The notes under the pieces are model-generated. The model did no database searches. It worked only from the letters and a program-made list of their open reading frames with translations, and was not told where the DNA came from. The position numbers were made by a program, and so were the translations under genes. A stretch of 64,000 nucleotides of DNA from a virus (taxonomy: Duplodnaviria; Caudoviricetes), in IMG/VR virus record IMGVR_UViG_3300028887_000078; one strand, 5' to 3'. Positions 51,101-60,415 of this stretch are shown piece by piece. Each line of letters begins with the position of its first letter. Positions within the stretch are counted from its first letter, which is position 1.

Positions 51101-54100
51101 CGATTATCCCTGCCATCTTGCCGATGTCCTTCCAATTCATTTTCTGTATCGGTTCCACAAACTTTCCGACGCCATATCCGAACGGGATAAGCGCCGCGCC
51201 CATCACCGCAAATGCGACATCCGCCATCACGATTGCGGGGGCAAGCGGTCCGAGCAATGCGAACTCCGCCCCGAATATGCCAATCAACGCCGCCATCATT
51301 CCGACTTTTTTCCAAGAACCGACCTTGTCAATCTCGGTTGCGTATTTTCCGACGCCGAAACCGAATGAAATGAGTCCAACTCCCATTGCCGCGACCGCAG
51401 CGGAACCAAGTGCGACAAACATCGCCACGGCAGGTATACCGAGCAATGCGAACTCAACTCCGAAAATACCAATCAATGCCGCCATCATACCCACCTGTTT
51501 CCAACCGATGTCCTTTATGGCGTCCACATAGAACTTGACGCCGAACCCGAATATGCCGAGTCCGACCGCCATAGCAGCGATGACAACTGTTCCCTTCAGG
51601 ATGTCCATAGTAAATTTTCCTGCGATAACGAACTCAAGCACGAATATGCCGAGCAACACGGGCATCATAATCAGCGTCCCGGTCTTTACTCCGTCAATCG
51701 CCTTCGTGTAGAAACCGAGTCCAAAACCGAACAATCCGAGTGCAACCGCCATACCTGCGACCGCGCCTGAACCTTTCAGGATGTTCTTCGGATTGTCGCC
51801 TTTTCCCGCCTTGTTGAATATGAACAGAAGCGATGCGAGCAGCAGAGGCATTCCGATAAGTGATTTTGCACTTGCCCCCTCAACGGTCTTGAGCGGGGGT
51901 ATCAATGCGAAACCGAATATCGCGAGCGCAGCGGACATACCGACAACAGCGCCTGCACCTTTCAGTATCTTTTTCATATTGTCGTTCTCGCCGCCCTTCT
52001 TGAATATCCACATACTTCCGTACAGGAGTCCGAACACGGCGACGGTCTTTATCAGACCCATCCAGTCCATCTTCCCGTCCTTCGTCTTCCACATTGTGCC
52101 TACGATGGCGTTTGAAATCCACAATGCGGCGGAGAATATGACGAGTCCGAGCGACATAGCGGCAATCGCGCCGAAACCTGCGAACGCCTTTCTCACATTC
52201 TCCTGTGTCCCTATTCTCTTGTAAACCCAAAGGCTTCCGAGCATAAGTCCGAACACCGCCAAGTCCATAACCGCCGCTTTTACGTCGACACCGCTTTTCC
52301 AATTTCCGACGATATTCTTCATAATTTGGTGGGTAATCCACAGGGCGCCGGAAAATGCGACAAGTCCGAGTGACATAACCAATATGGACATACCCGCGCC
52401 CATAACCTTGCGCACGTTGTCTTCCTTTCCGATTCTTCTGAACAGGTAGTATGAACCGAGCATAAGTCCGAACACCGCGACGTCGCCGACTATCGCCCAC
52501 GGGTCTGCACCGCCTTTCCAATTCTGTACAATCTGTTTGGTCAGTATGTGCGTCACGAAGAGCGCAACGCTGAACGAAAGTATGGCGGCGCTCATAAGCA
52601 GCGTCGAAACAGCGCCCCTGCGCACCTTGTCGCTTGAACGTTTGTCTCCGAGTTTGCCGAAGAACTTGTACGAACCGTACATCAATGCGAACACCCCGAC
52701 CGAAGCGGCGATTGAGGCGATGTTAGTCCAATCTATCTTGTCGGTGCCGCCCGTGATGATGTATCTTGTTATCATCGTGGTGGCGAGTATCGTCAGGGTG
52801 AACGTGATTATGGAGGTGGAAATCAGGAGGATGTTGTACACCCCGCTTCTGATGTCAATGGAGTTTTTCTTGTTTCCGATGTTCTTGAACAGCATATTCG
52901 CCCCTTTCAGGACAATCGCGGTCAGTCCCATTCCCACAAGAGCGGGAACGGCGAGTATTGAGTTCAATGCCATAGCAGCGTTGAACCAAAGCATAGATTT
53001 TCCAATCAGTTCAAGGTTGAGCGCCGCGGTGACGTATTTTTTGGTAGCGGTCATTTTCGACAGCGGTTTCAATGCCCATCTCGCCTCCCTTATGACGAGG
53101 GCGGACAGAAGCATACCCACCATAGCGACGGGCGCGACTACGGCGACGAGCGCCATTCTCGCCGTGAACTTGAGAAGCGAGGTCGCTATCTTGTCGAGCG
53201 TCTGCACGGCAATCAATGTCTTTGCGATGTTCTTCGCATTTTCAAGCGGTTTTATCGCGTCGAGCGTCCCCTTGATTATCTTCTTCGCCGCTTTCGCTCC
53301 GAGTTTCGCGGGGAGTGCAAACATAGCGACACCTGCAAGCGATTCCGACAAGTCGAATATATCCCGCGATATTTTCTCCATCGACTTGACGCCAACCTCA
53401 TATTTTTTCATTTTGGCGGGCGTCATAGATTTTTCGTGCTTGTTCACCGTGTTGAAGAACGCGTCGAATATGCCGCCGATTTTCACTTGCAGCAACAGGG
53501 ACTTCGCAAGGGATATTTTGTCCATCTTGACGGCGGCGTCCGCCATCGCGCTCACTATCTCGCCGACGTTCTTTCCGCCTTTGACTTCAGGTATCTTGAC
53601 TTTCTTCGCCGCTTTCTCCTCTTTCGACTCGAAGAGTTTGCGCATAAGCGACCCTCCGCTTTCCTTGCCTTTGATTCCTTTCTTCGCGAGTTTTTTCGTG
53701 TTGGAAGCAATCTTTATCAGTTCGAGGTTTGATAGTTTTAGGGCGGAGCGTATTGAAGCGGTGACCTTTGTGAGATTGATGATGCTTGCACCGACATTCG
53801 AGAGTCCCGCACCTACGGAACCTCCAAGACCGACTGTCGAGGCGGTGGATTGGGACATACTGTCCTTTATCGTGTCCGACATCTTGTCAATCGACTTGTT
53901 GAGGTCTTTTACCGAATTGACCGTGGCGTCCTTCACCTCCGTGGTGGCGTTGCTGATTATGCTCGCGGCGTCGGACAACGACGAAGCGCAACCGATAATC
54001 GCGTTGTTTATTGAAACGAGATTTCCGTTGATTGCATTGCCTTGCGATTCCATACAGGTCTGTATGGACTGCATCGGTGTGAACAAATCTCCTATTGTCG

Positions 54101-54113
54101 CTGGTTTTCCCAA
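48192..54113 (-). CDS. tape-measure-like protein with multiple hydrophobic repeats
   Basis: 1973 aa, Ala/Gly/Lys-rich helical with repeated hydrophobic segments; late promoter at 54154; TTG start uncertain. Confidence 0.7.
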   Translation of the reverse strand: MGKPATIGDLFTPMQSIQTCMESQGNAINGNLVSINNAIIGCASSLSDAASIISNATTEVKDATVNSVKDLNKSIDKMSDTIKDSMSQSTASTVGLGGSVGAGLSNVGASIINLTKVTASIRSALKLSNLELIKIASNTKKLAKKGIKGKESGGSLMRKLFESKEEKAAKKVKIPEVKGGKNVGEIVSAMADAAVKMDKISLAKSLLLQVKIGGIFDAFFNTVNKHEKSMTPAKMKKYEVGVKSMEKISRDIFDLSESLAGVAMFALPAKLGAKAAKKIIKGTLDAIKPLENAKNIAKTLIAVQTLDKIATSLLKFTARMALVAVVAPVAMVGMLLSALVIREARWALKPLSKMTATKKYVTAALNLELIGKSMLWFNAAMALNSILAVPALVGMGLTAIVLKGANMLFKNIGNKKNSIDIRSGVYNILLISTSIITFTLTILATTMITRYIITGGTDKIDWTNIASIAASVGVFALMYGSYKFFGKLGDKRSSDKVRRGAVSTLLMSAAILSFSVALFVTHILTKQIVQNWKGGADPWAIVGDVAVFGLMLGSYYLFRRIGKEDNVRKVMGAGMSILVMSLGLVAFSGALWITHQIMKNIVGNWKSGVDVKAAVMDLAVFGLMLGSLWVYKRIGTQENVRKAFAGFGAIAAMSLGLVIFSAALWISNAIVGTMWKTKDGKMDWMGLIKTVAVFGLLYGSMWIFKKGGENDNMKKILKGAGAVVGMSAALAIFGFALIPPLKTVEGASAKSLIGMPLLLASLLFIFNKAGKGDNPKNILKGSGAVAGMAVALGLFGFGLGFYTKAIDGVKTGTLIMMPVLLGIFVLEFVIAGKFTMDILKGTVVIAAMAVGLGIFGFGVKFYVDAIKDIGWKQVGMMAALIGIFGVEFALLGIPAVAMFVALGSAAVAAMGVGLISFGFGVGKYATEIDKVGSWKKVGMMAALIGIFGAEFALLGPLAPAIVMADVAFAVMGAALIPFGYGVGKFVEPIQKMNWKDIGKMAGIIGIFGLEFSLLAPLAIPIGIGAVAIFTIAGALKRLGLALQEWSKANIDKNQLDLICISIDRLKLAFMGKPKGDDSGGGVKGFFKKIGSAISGAITGAFELAPITTSATAIAIISGALSSLGRALQNWNGVNIDEKKLDILCLSIDRIKLAFQGTPKGDETETKGFLKRFAGKMTSSMFAPFNLAQMQVTASAMTTAGITIKRLAKGMQEWTNSDIDITKITEISTVLIAVRDIFSILGGNNKGKEDVEKGWFGRTMAAYTPSDAAKGAVEARKMGTALKEIAKGLTEFYDTYGTKFKSTTYMKEFTDAVVETVTSVSSAFKMIGDAWLGKEIEKLETESGRKYSDLFKFFVGGKNAVQEGIKSVKGIGNALKDIASGMKEFKDLVNSKDNTWITDVANGVATLLTGIQEPLIKFGTVDESIDVKLGQAKTRASKIGAGMVAVHEASEQTVNYNTHKTDVARALESVGNIGKMMEGMAAIVKALSDKKIIENIGEPGKINKDWGVDGGSGMVRNMQMLTCGAISVFWQLGESLKNGGVLYDIETKSESKAEVKLWGAGVSTSSSTKKTPSKTYFGMAVDAATGIGDIISGIAEGFEALGKIAKPDKIIDVTAKLVQSIALSLTAFAQIGASVTSDGTQKSFDLIPAELGYPEATAKFGKVGQLRRLLYWPNSDEPQWDKVMEGVKKAAKGVSESVKSLAAEQSSLNYIAKNPTNVFEPVVNIMTMATTFVERENDTKYTFYSKSKPIEYTLKSFKTSDLDKSKGIADKYASVLTKVKNMSDTAANIKSANGRNFTDFTNQLVTGMNKLAGAGNNIDKSQKFVDSLRNAVKEKVFDNISSNTQKIANAINSINNDIMKPYADMIAGFGELVSADNAKTTKALEDIKKTIEEIVETINSNGNGGGSGGTGGNGSGKTGGNGSGKTGLFGKQNTPTPTPQPQRPQTVKAELDANAFQKAVNEFAEAIRNLKLKS

Positions 54114-54243
54114 AACTCAAAAAACGGACGTGCCGTGAGAATATTCTTCCTATTATTTATAACTTGATATATCAATGATATATTATGAAAAACAGACTTC
54201 GTATAAATAATGAACTAAACCAATTTTCAAATCTGTTACACAA

Positions 54244-55935
54244 ATGGCAGGATTCCTAACAACAAGAAAAGACCCAAGAACATTCAGTCAGACGAACAGT
54301 GTGTCGAAACTTCTGCGTAAGATTTCCAATCTCGGTATGGATTTCGACGGCAAGATATTCAAGAACTCGCAGGCAATCGGTCTGTATGACCCAGACCCGA
54401 ACGCCCCGCAGACAAACGAATTTCAGTTCGGGGACAGCGTGTATGACATATTCAACGGTTTCAGTCTGACCGACCCGTCTATGCACAAGAACGTATCCCT
54501 GTACGACAGGCGGTACGACGACGCGAAAAGAAACGAACTTCGCAGACTTGCTATGCAGGACGAAATCGAAGACATACTCGACATCATCACAGACGAGTGT
54601 ATCTGCTACAACGAGAACGGTATGTTCTGCGAACTCCTGTATAACAGGACACTGCTTGCGGACGACCTCCACGAGGAAATAGACGAAATCTTCAACAACA
54701 TATATTCCTGCTTCGGATTTTGGGACCAGAATATGGCGTGGGGATATTTCCGCAAATTTTTGATTGAAGGGTTCCTTGCGTTTGAAATAATCTATGACGG
54801 CGACCAACAGAAACGTGAAACACAGAAACACATTATATCCTTCAAGGAACTTGACGTCCTGTCCCTCGTTCCCGCCGTCGACCACAAGAGTGGCGAAAAG
54901 ATTTGGATTCAATATCCAAACGACCCGTCAAGGCAGAGGGTGCTTTACGACTCGCAGATTATCTATATCTCATACGGGCAGTTCGACTCCGCTTCGAGGG
55001 TGTCCTATGTGGAGCGTCTTTCAAGGAGTTTCAACCTTTTGAGGATTATGGAGAGCACGAGGATTATGTGGGCGGTCACCAACTCAAGTTTCAAGACGAT
55101 GTTCACAATCCCTGTGGAAAACAATTCCAACAGGGGAAAGCAGACGCTCGCGGAGACGATGCACTCATACAGGGAAATCATAGACTTCAACAACGAAAGC
55201 GGCGAACTGATGGTGAACGGTCGTCCGATGATGCCGTTCAACAAAGAGTATTGGTTTCCGAGCGTGAACGGTGAAAGTCCGCAGATGCAGACTTTGGGCG
55301 GAGACGGGCCAGATTTGTCGGACACGGAGGCGATGAACTACTTCAAGCAGAAACTGTGGCAGGCGTCAAAAGTCCCGTTCACCCGTTTCGACAATATGCA
55401 GGGACGAGGAAGTTATGCCCTCAACACGGAGTCTATGATGCGTGAGGAGGTGAAGTTCGCGCACTTCGTAGACCGCCTGCGTGCAATCTACAAGGAACTC
55501 ATTGTGAAACCTGTGTATATCCAATTATGTCTCAACCACAAGGAGTTTGCAACCGACATAAAATTCAGGAACTCGCTTACGCTCGACTATGTGTCCGACA
55601 ACGTGTTCACTGAAATGCGTGAAATCGAGGTCATTCAGAAAAAGTCGGACTTCATAGGTTCCCTTATGCAGACGTTTGTGACGCAGGACTCGGAGGGCAA
55701 CGACGTCCCGTATTTCGATATGGACTTCCTTGTGCAGAGGTTCAGCGGTCTTTCACAGGAGGACATCGAGATGAACGCCCGCGTGAAAAAGAAAAAGGAA
55801 CTTGAAAAGGAAGGGTATAAACCCGATGACATAGAAAAAATACTTGACGGTGAACCGAAGTCCCACTTCAAGGCGGAAAAGAAAAAGGAGGAAAAGAAGG
55901 AGAAAGAGGATGAAGGCGGTGGTCTCGCATTGTAA
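54244..55935 (+). CDS. portal vertex protein (T4 gp20-like)
   Basis: EIEDI.D.I.DE, SYVERL...N.LRIME, EYWFP, L.G..LSD, VPFTRF, REEVKF..FVDRLR. Confidence 0.9.
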   Translation: MAGFLTTRKDPRTFSQTNSVSKLLRKISNLGMDFDGKIFKNSQAIGLYDPDPNAPQTNEFQFGDSVYDIFNGFSLTDPSMHKNVSLYDRRYDDAKRNELRRLAMQDEIEDILDIITDECICYNENGMFCELLYNRTLLADDLHEEIDEIFNNIYSCFGFWDQNMAWGYFRKFLIEGFLAFEIIYDGDQQKRETQKHIISFKELDVLSLVPAVDHKSGEKIWIQYPNDPSRQRVLYDSQIIYISYGQFDSASRVSYVERLSRSFNLLRIMESTRIMWAVTNSSFKTMFTIPVENNSNRGKQTLAETMHSYREIIDFNNESGELMVNGRPMMPFNKEYWFPSVNGESPQMQTLGGDGPDLSDTEAMNYFKQKLWQASKVPFTRFDNMQGRGSYALNTESMMREEVKFAHFVDRLRAIYKELIVKPVYIQLCLNHKEFATDIKFRNSLTLDYVSDNVFTEMREIEVIQKKSDFIGSLMQTFVTQDSEGNDVPYFDMDFLVQRFSGLSQEDIEMNARVKKKKELEKEGYKPDDIEKILDGEPKSHFKAEKKKEEKKEKEDEGGGLAL

Positions 55936-56008
55936 ACTTGAAATTTTTTCAAAAGAAAATTAAAAAAACAGGATTTTTTTGTTATTTTCAAAAAAAAAGA
56001 GACCGAGT

Positions 56009-56476
56009 ATGCTAAAATACGACAACTATCAGATTGTGTTCAGGGAATTTCCCGACGAGGTCACTCTCGCAATAAATCTAACTATGTGTCCGAACCGTTG
56101 CAGGGATTGCCACAGTCCGCAACTTCGGGAAGACTATGGCACTGTCCTCACACGGGATGAAATAGACAGACTTGTCGCCGAAAACAAAGGCATAACCTGC
56201 ATAGGGTTTATGGGGGGCGACAACGATGTCGACAGTGTTCTCAACCTTTCGGTTTACATACACGGAGAGCACGGACTCGCTACAGGGTGGTATTCAGGAA
56301 AGGACGCAATTCCTGACAGTGTTCTCTACTGCAACACACTTGACTATGTGAAAATCGGTCACTATGACCCCGACTTCGGAAGCATAGACAAAAGAAGTAC
56401 AAATCAAAGAATGTATCATATAATCGGCGGCGTATATGAGGATGTGACACACAGGTTTTGGAAAGATGTGAAATAG
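56009..56476 (+). CDS. nrdG: anaerobic ribonucleotide reductase activase
   Basis: CPNRCRDCHS radical-SAM motif, FMGGD, STNQRMY; adjacent to nrdD. Confidence 0.92.
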   Translation: MLKYDNYQIVFREFPDEVTLAINLTMCPNRCRDCHSPQLREDYGTVLTRDEIDRLVAENKGITCIGFMGGDNDVDSVLNLSVYIHGEHGLATGWYSGKDAIPDSVLYCNTLDYVKIGHYDPDFGSIDKRSTNQRMYHIIGGVYEDVTHRFWKDVK

Positions 56477-56513
56477 CATCCAGCCGTCAAACCACTATAA
56501 TAAACGACATACT

Positions 56514-59500
56514 ATGAAAGTAATCAAACGAGACGGAAGCATTGAGAAATTCTCAAAAATGAAAATCAGGAAGTCCCTGATGAAAACATTCAAGGCGTCG
56601 AAGGTGAAATTCTGTCAGGAATGCTACGACGACATCATAAAGAACCTCATCGAGGCGTACAGTGTGATTGAGAGTGAAATCCTTGACATAAACCAAATTC
56701 AGGACATCATCGAAAGCACGCTCGTGAACTGCGACCTTCCTGATGTGGCGAAGTCCTACATTCTATACAGGCACGAACGCGACAGAATCAGGGAGTTTGC
56801 CAAACAGAAACAGAATTACATCGAGAGTTACAAGAAGGCGTACAACACCGCCGACAATACCATCGACGACAACAGCAATGTGGCAAACAAGAACATCGGC
56901 GTCCTCAACGCAGAAATCCACAAGAAGGACAACATCCAAATCAACAGGATGACCGTCACGAGCAAATTGCACGAACTCTACCCTGATTTCGACGCAAAAC
57001 AGTACTGTCGCGACCTTGAAGACCACATCATCTATAAGAACGACGAGAGTTCGTTCGCCTGTATCAGTCCGTACTGCGTGGCAATCACGATGTACCCGTT
57101 CCTCCTCAATGGAATGAAGGATTTGGGCGGTCTGTCGGCAAAACCGAAAAACCTCGACAGTTACTGCGGTATGCTCGTGAACCTTGTGTTCGCCCTCTCA
57201 TCGCAGTTCGCGGGTGCCGTCGCCCTTCCTGAAGCATTGCTGTGCTTCGACTATTTTGCACGCAAGGAATGGGGAGACTCCTATACAGACCATATAGACG
57301 AACCCTGCAAAAGCGACTTTTGTGCGACAAAGAGAACTGTCAAGGAACAGATTCACCAATACTTCCAACAGATTATCTATTCAATCAACCAACCTGCAAG
57401 CGCAAGGGGTATGCAGTCCGCATTCGTCAATTTCTCATATTTCGACGAACCTTTCTTCCACGGGATGTTTGACGACTTCGTTTTTCCTGACGGCACAAGA
57501 CCTATTTGGAAAACCCTGAATTGGTTGCAGAAGGAGTTTATGACGTGGTTCAACGCCGAGCGCCTGAAATGCGTCCTCACGTTCCCTGTGGAGAGTTTCG
57601 CGCTCATCTACAAGGACGGTGAGTTTGTGGACAAGGAAAACTATCAGTTCGTGTGTGACGAATATGCGCGCGGACACAGTTTCTTCACCTACATCAGCGA
57701 CACGGTGGATTCATTGAGTTCGTGTTGTTTTGACAAAGACCAAAAGGTTCTTTGGAAAAGTTCAACAAGCGGTGTTCATCTTACAACATTGGAAGAACTC
57801 CATAACACAAAATGGGAACCTGAAAAGAAGAACCTTACAATCTACCATAATGGCAGTTGGGTGAAAGGCAAGAGTGTTATGCTGCCGAACAGAAAAATGT
57901 ACAAGGTTGTCACGGAGAATAACAAGGGGTTCATTATGACGGACAACCATATCAACGTGACGCTTGACGGTGAAAAACAAACTTCCGAACTTACTACCGA
58001 TGACTATCTGATGTTCAATACGATGGTTCTTAACCCTGTCGCGGAAAATGATGAACACCTCACCTATGAACAAGGTTTTGCCGTTGGCGCATTTTTGGGT
58101 GACGGGTCATTTGGTTCTGTGAACAAAGGTGTCATTTATGACATAAATTTCTCATTAAATTCCGAAAAATACCAAAGGACTGTTGAAATGGTCAATGCTG
58201 CAAACAGACAGGTCGGAGGTAGCAGCAATGCCGTTTTGAATGAAGTTTATAACAATGTGTATCCTGTCCGTTTGTCCTCAAAAAACCTCGCCGCATTCAT
58301 AATGAGGTGGACAAATTGGGAACGCGGGACATATTCCTATAACAAGGAACTTAATATGAACTGTCTGCTCCAATCCGTTGAGTTCAGAAAAGGTATTCTT
58401 GACGGATGGCACCATACTGACGGAAGCAACAGCAACAGGTGCTACACCACAAGCAAAAAACTTGTTGAGTGTATGGAAGCATTGGTTATGTCGCTTGGTA
58501 TGCAATCAAGGATTGATGTCTCCGACAGAATTGATGAAACTGCTATCATAAGGGGTAATGAGTTCAACCATAATTATCCGTTGTATTGTTTGAGATGGTA
58601 TGAACCGACAAACAGCAGGGCAAACCGTGACGTCAATCATACTTGGGTCAAGAAACTCAATTCAATCTACTTCAAGATAAAATCAATAGAGGAAGTTGCC
58701 TATGACGGTAATGTGTATTGTATTGAGTGCAAGAATGAACAAGAACCTTTCTTCACTTTGCCGAACGGTCTCATCACCCACAACTGCCGTTTGAGAAACA
58801 ACCTGACCACCCACGAGTTCAACTTCACCAACGGAAACCTTTCCGTGCAGACGGGTTCCAAGTCCGTCATCTCGCTCAACCTTTCAAGAATTGTGCAGAA
58901 CGCTGTGAAAGATTTTGACAATCCGCAGGACAGACTTGAGAAGGACGCCATCTACGAGGCAATCAAAAAATACCTCATCGAGGTGCTCGACCGCGTTTAC
59001 AAATACCACAACGCATACAACCAACTCCTTTGGGATATGTACGAGGCAAGACTTATGCCCGCCTATGACGCAGGGTTCATCAACCTCGACAAACAATATC
59101 TCACCATCGGTCTGAACGGACTCAACCAAGCGGCGGAGTTCCTCGGTCTGAAATGCACGAAGAACAAGGAGTATGGAGAGTTCTGCCATTACATTTTCGG
59201 AACCGTCAAGGAACAGAACGCACTCCACAAGACACCGCACACGATGTTCAACACAGAGCAGGTGCCCGCCGAGTCCCTCGCAGTCAAGAACTATAATTGG
59301 GACAAGGAGGACGGATATTGGGTTCCTGACGATACCAACCTGTACGCTTCCTACATTTTCAAACCGAATGACAAGAACATTTCCGTGCTTGACAAAATCG
59401 CAATGCACGGTCGGGACTATATCGGGGACTATCTTGACGGTGGCGCCGCTGCACATATCAACCTTGAGGAACACCTTACCTCAAAGCAGTATGACAGGTT

Positions 59501-59747
59501 GTTGAGGCACGCTGCGGAGAACGGTTGTCAATATCTCACCTTCAACATTCCAATCAGTCAGTGTGACGACTGCGGTCATATTGTGAACGCTCCTGTCGAC
59601 AAATGCCCGAAATGCGGTTCGGAGAAAATCACGACGATAACAAGAATCATCGGGTATCTTACCGCAGTGAAGAATTGGTCTGACGGACGCCGAAAGGAGT
59701 TCAAGACAAGGGTGTTCAACACGTCGATTGACAAAGGCGAGGAATAG
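56514..59747 (+). CDS. nrdD: anaerobic (class III) ribonucleoside-triphosphate reductase with ATP cone and intein
   Basis: VIKRDG ATP cone, LTFPV, split SLSSC/CRLRN active site, CDDCG..CPKCG, TRIIGYL glycyl-radical motif. Confidence 0.95.
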   Translation: MKVIKRDGSIEKFSKMKIRKSLMKTFKASKVKFCQECYDDIIKNLIEAYSVIESEILDINQIQDIIESTLVNCDLPDVAKSYILYRHERDRIREFAKQKQNYIESYKKAYNTADNTIDDNSNVANKNIGVLNAEIHKKDNIQINRMTVTSKLHELYPDFDAKQYCRDLEDHIIYKNDESSFACISPYCVAITMYPFLLNGMKDLGGLSAKPKNLDSYCGMLVNLVFALSSQFAGAVALPEALLCFDYFARKEWGDSYTDHIDEPCKSDFCATKRTVKEQIHQYFQQIIYSINQPASARGMQSAFVNFSYFDEPFFHGMFDDFVFPDGTRPIWKTLNWLQKEFMTWFNAERLKCVLTFPVESFALIYKDGEFVDKENYQFVCDEYARGHSFFTYISDTVDSLSSCCFDKDQKVLWKSSTSGVHLTTLEELHNTKWEPEKKNLTIYHNGSWVKGKSVMLPNRKMYKVVTENNKGFIMTDNHINVTLDGEKQTSELTTDDYLMFNTMVLNPVAENDEHLTYEQGFAVGAFLGDGSFGSVNKGVIYDINFSLNSEKYQRTVEMVNAANRQVGGSSNAVLNEVYNNVYPVRLSSKNLAAFIMRWTNWERGTYSYNKELNMNCLLQSVEFRKGILDGWHHTDGSNSNRCYTTSKKLVECMEALVMSLGMQSRIDVSDRIDETAIIRGNEFNHNYPLYCLRWYEPTNSRANRDVNHTWVKKLNSIYFKIKSIEEVAYDGNVYCIECKNEQEPFFTLPNGLITHNCRLRNNLTTHEFNFTNGNLSVQTGSKSVISLNLSRIVQNAVKDFDNPQDRLEKDAIYEAIKKYLIEVLDRVYKYHNAYNQLLWDMYEARLMPAYDAGFINLDKQYLTIGLNGLNQAAEFLGLKCTKNKEYGEFCHYIFGTVKEQNALHKTPHTMFNTEQVPAESLAVKNYNWDKEDGYWVPDDTNLYASYIFKPNDKNISVLDKIAMHGRDYIGDYLDGGAAAHINLEEHLTSKQYDRLLRHAAENGCQYLTFNIPISQCDDCGHIVNAPVDKCPKCGSEKITTITRIIGYLTAVKNWSDGRRKEFKTRVFNTSIDKGEE
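57726..58784 (+). mobile_element. intein with LAGLIDADG homing endonuclease (353 aa)
   Basis: Starts CFDKDQKV, TDNH block B, GAFLGDGS and GWHHTDGS motifs, ends ITHN followed by Cys. Confidence 0.92.
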
Positions 59748-59868
59748 TCTATCGGTAAGACAACCGATAAACGGCATTTATAGGTCAATCAACCGATAGT
59801 GTCAATCGACAGGTTGCTTGACCTATAATCATTATACGAATTATAAATATAGGAAATATTGGGTTTGT

Positions 59869-60399
59869 ATGAAAAGTTTTACACAGATTATGAAGAACAC
59901 GGCGGTGAACGAGGCTGTTTCTGACAGGATTGACACACAAACGGTACTCGTCGTGCTTTACAAGAGATATGCGGAGGAGGTTCTCCAATGGTACACCTAC
60001 CATATAGTTTCAAACTTTATGGTCGGAAAGGAACGTCCCAACATAGAAAAAACATTCGCTGAAATGGCGGATGACGAACTGAACGACCACGCGGAGAAAA
60101 TTCTCAAGCGAATTGCCGAACTCGGCGGGGACGTTGAATATCTGAAAGACATCAGCACCTTGAAGAATTTGAGCGACTGTGACTATTCGCTTCCGAGCAA
60201 ACCATACGACACCCTCCAACTTGTCGTGAAGAACATCGAGCACGAGAAGTGTGCAATCAACGGTTATCAGGAACTCTGCGACCTCACAAGGGACAAGGAT
60301 ATGACCACTTATGATATGGCGGTTGAAATCCTGAAGGACGAGGAAGAACATTTGCAGACGCTCAACGATTTTCTTGCGGACATCCAATTTCAAAAGTAA
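59869..60399 (+). CDS. ferritin-like / DpsL-type protein with N-terminal extension
   Basis: YAEE...WY.Y, DELNDHA..I.KRI.ELGG, EKCAI..Y, D.TTY....ILKDEEEH; leader MKSFTQI..VNEA; late promoter at 59842. Confidence 0.85.
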   Translation: MKSFTQIMKNTAVNEAVSDRIDTQTVLVVLYKRYAEEVLQWYTYHIVSNFMVGKERPNIEKTFAEMADDELNDHAEKILKRIAELGGDVEYLKDISTLKNLSDCDYSLPSKPYDTLQLVVKNIEHEKCAINGYQELCDLTRDKDMTTYDMAVEILKDEEEHLQTLNDFLADIQFQK

Positions 60400-60415
60400 T
60401 CAAAAACGGAAATAG

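Noticed and set aside
52537-54138. 533-aa plus-strand ORF and other long antisense ORFs (19868..21031, 50326..51531, 22521..23582)
   Set aside because: They are antisense shadows of well-supported genes and show no motifs or leaders
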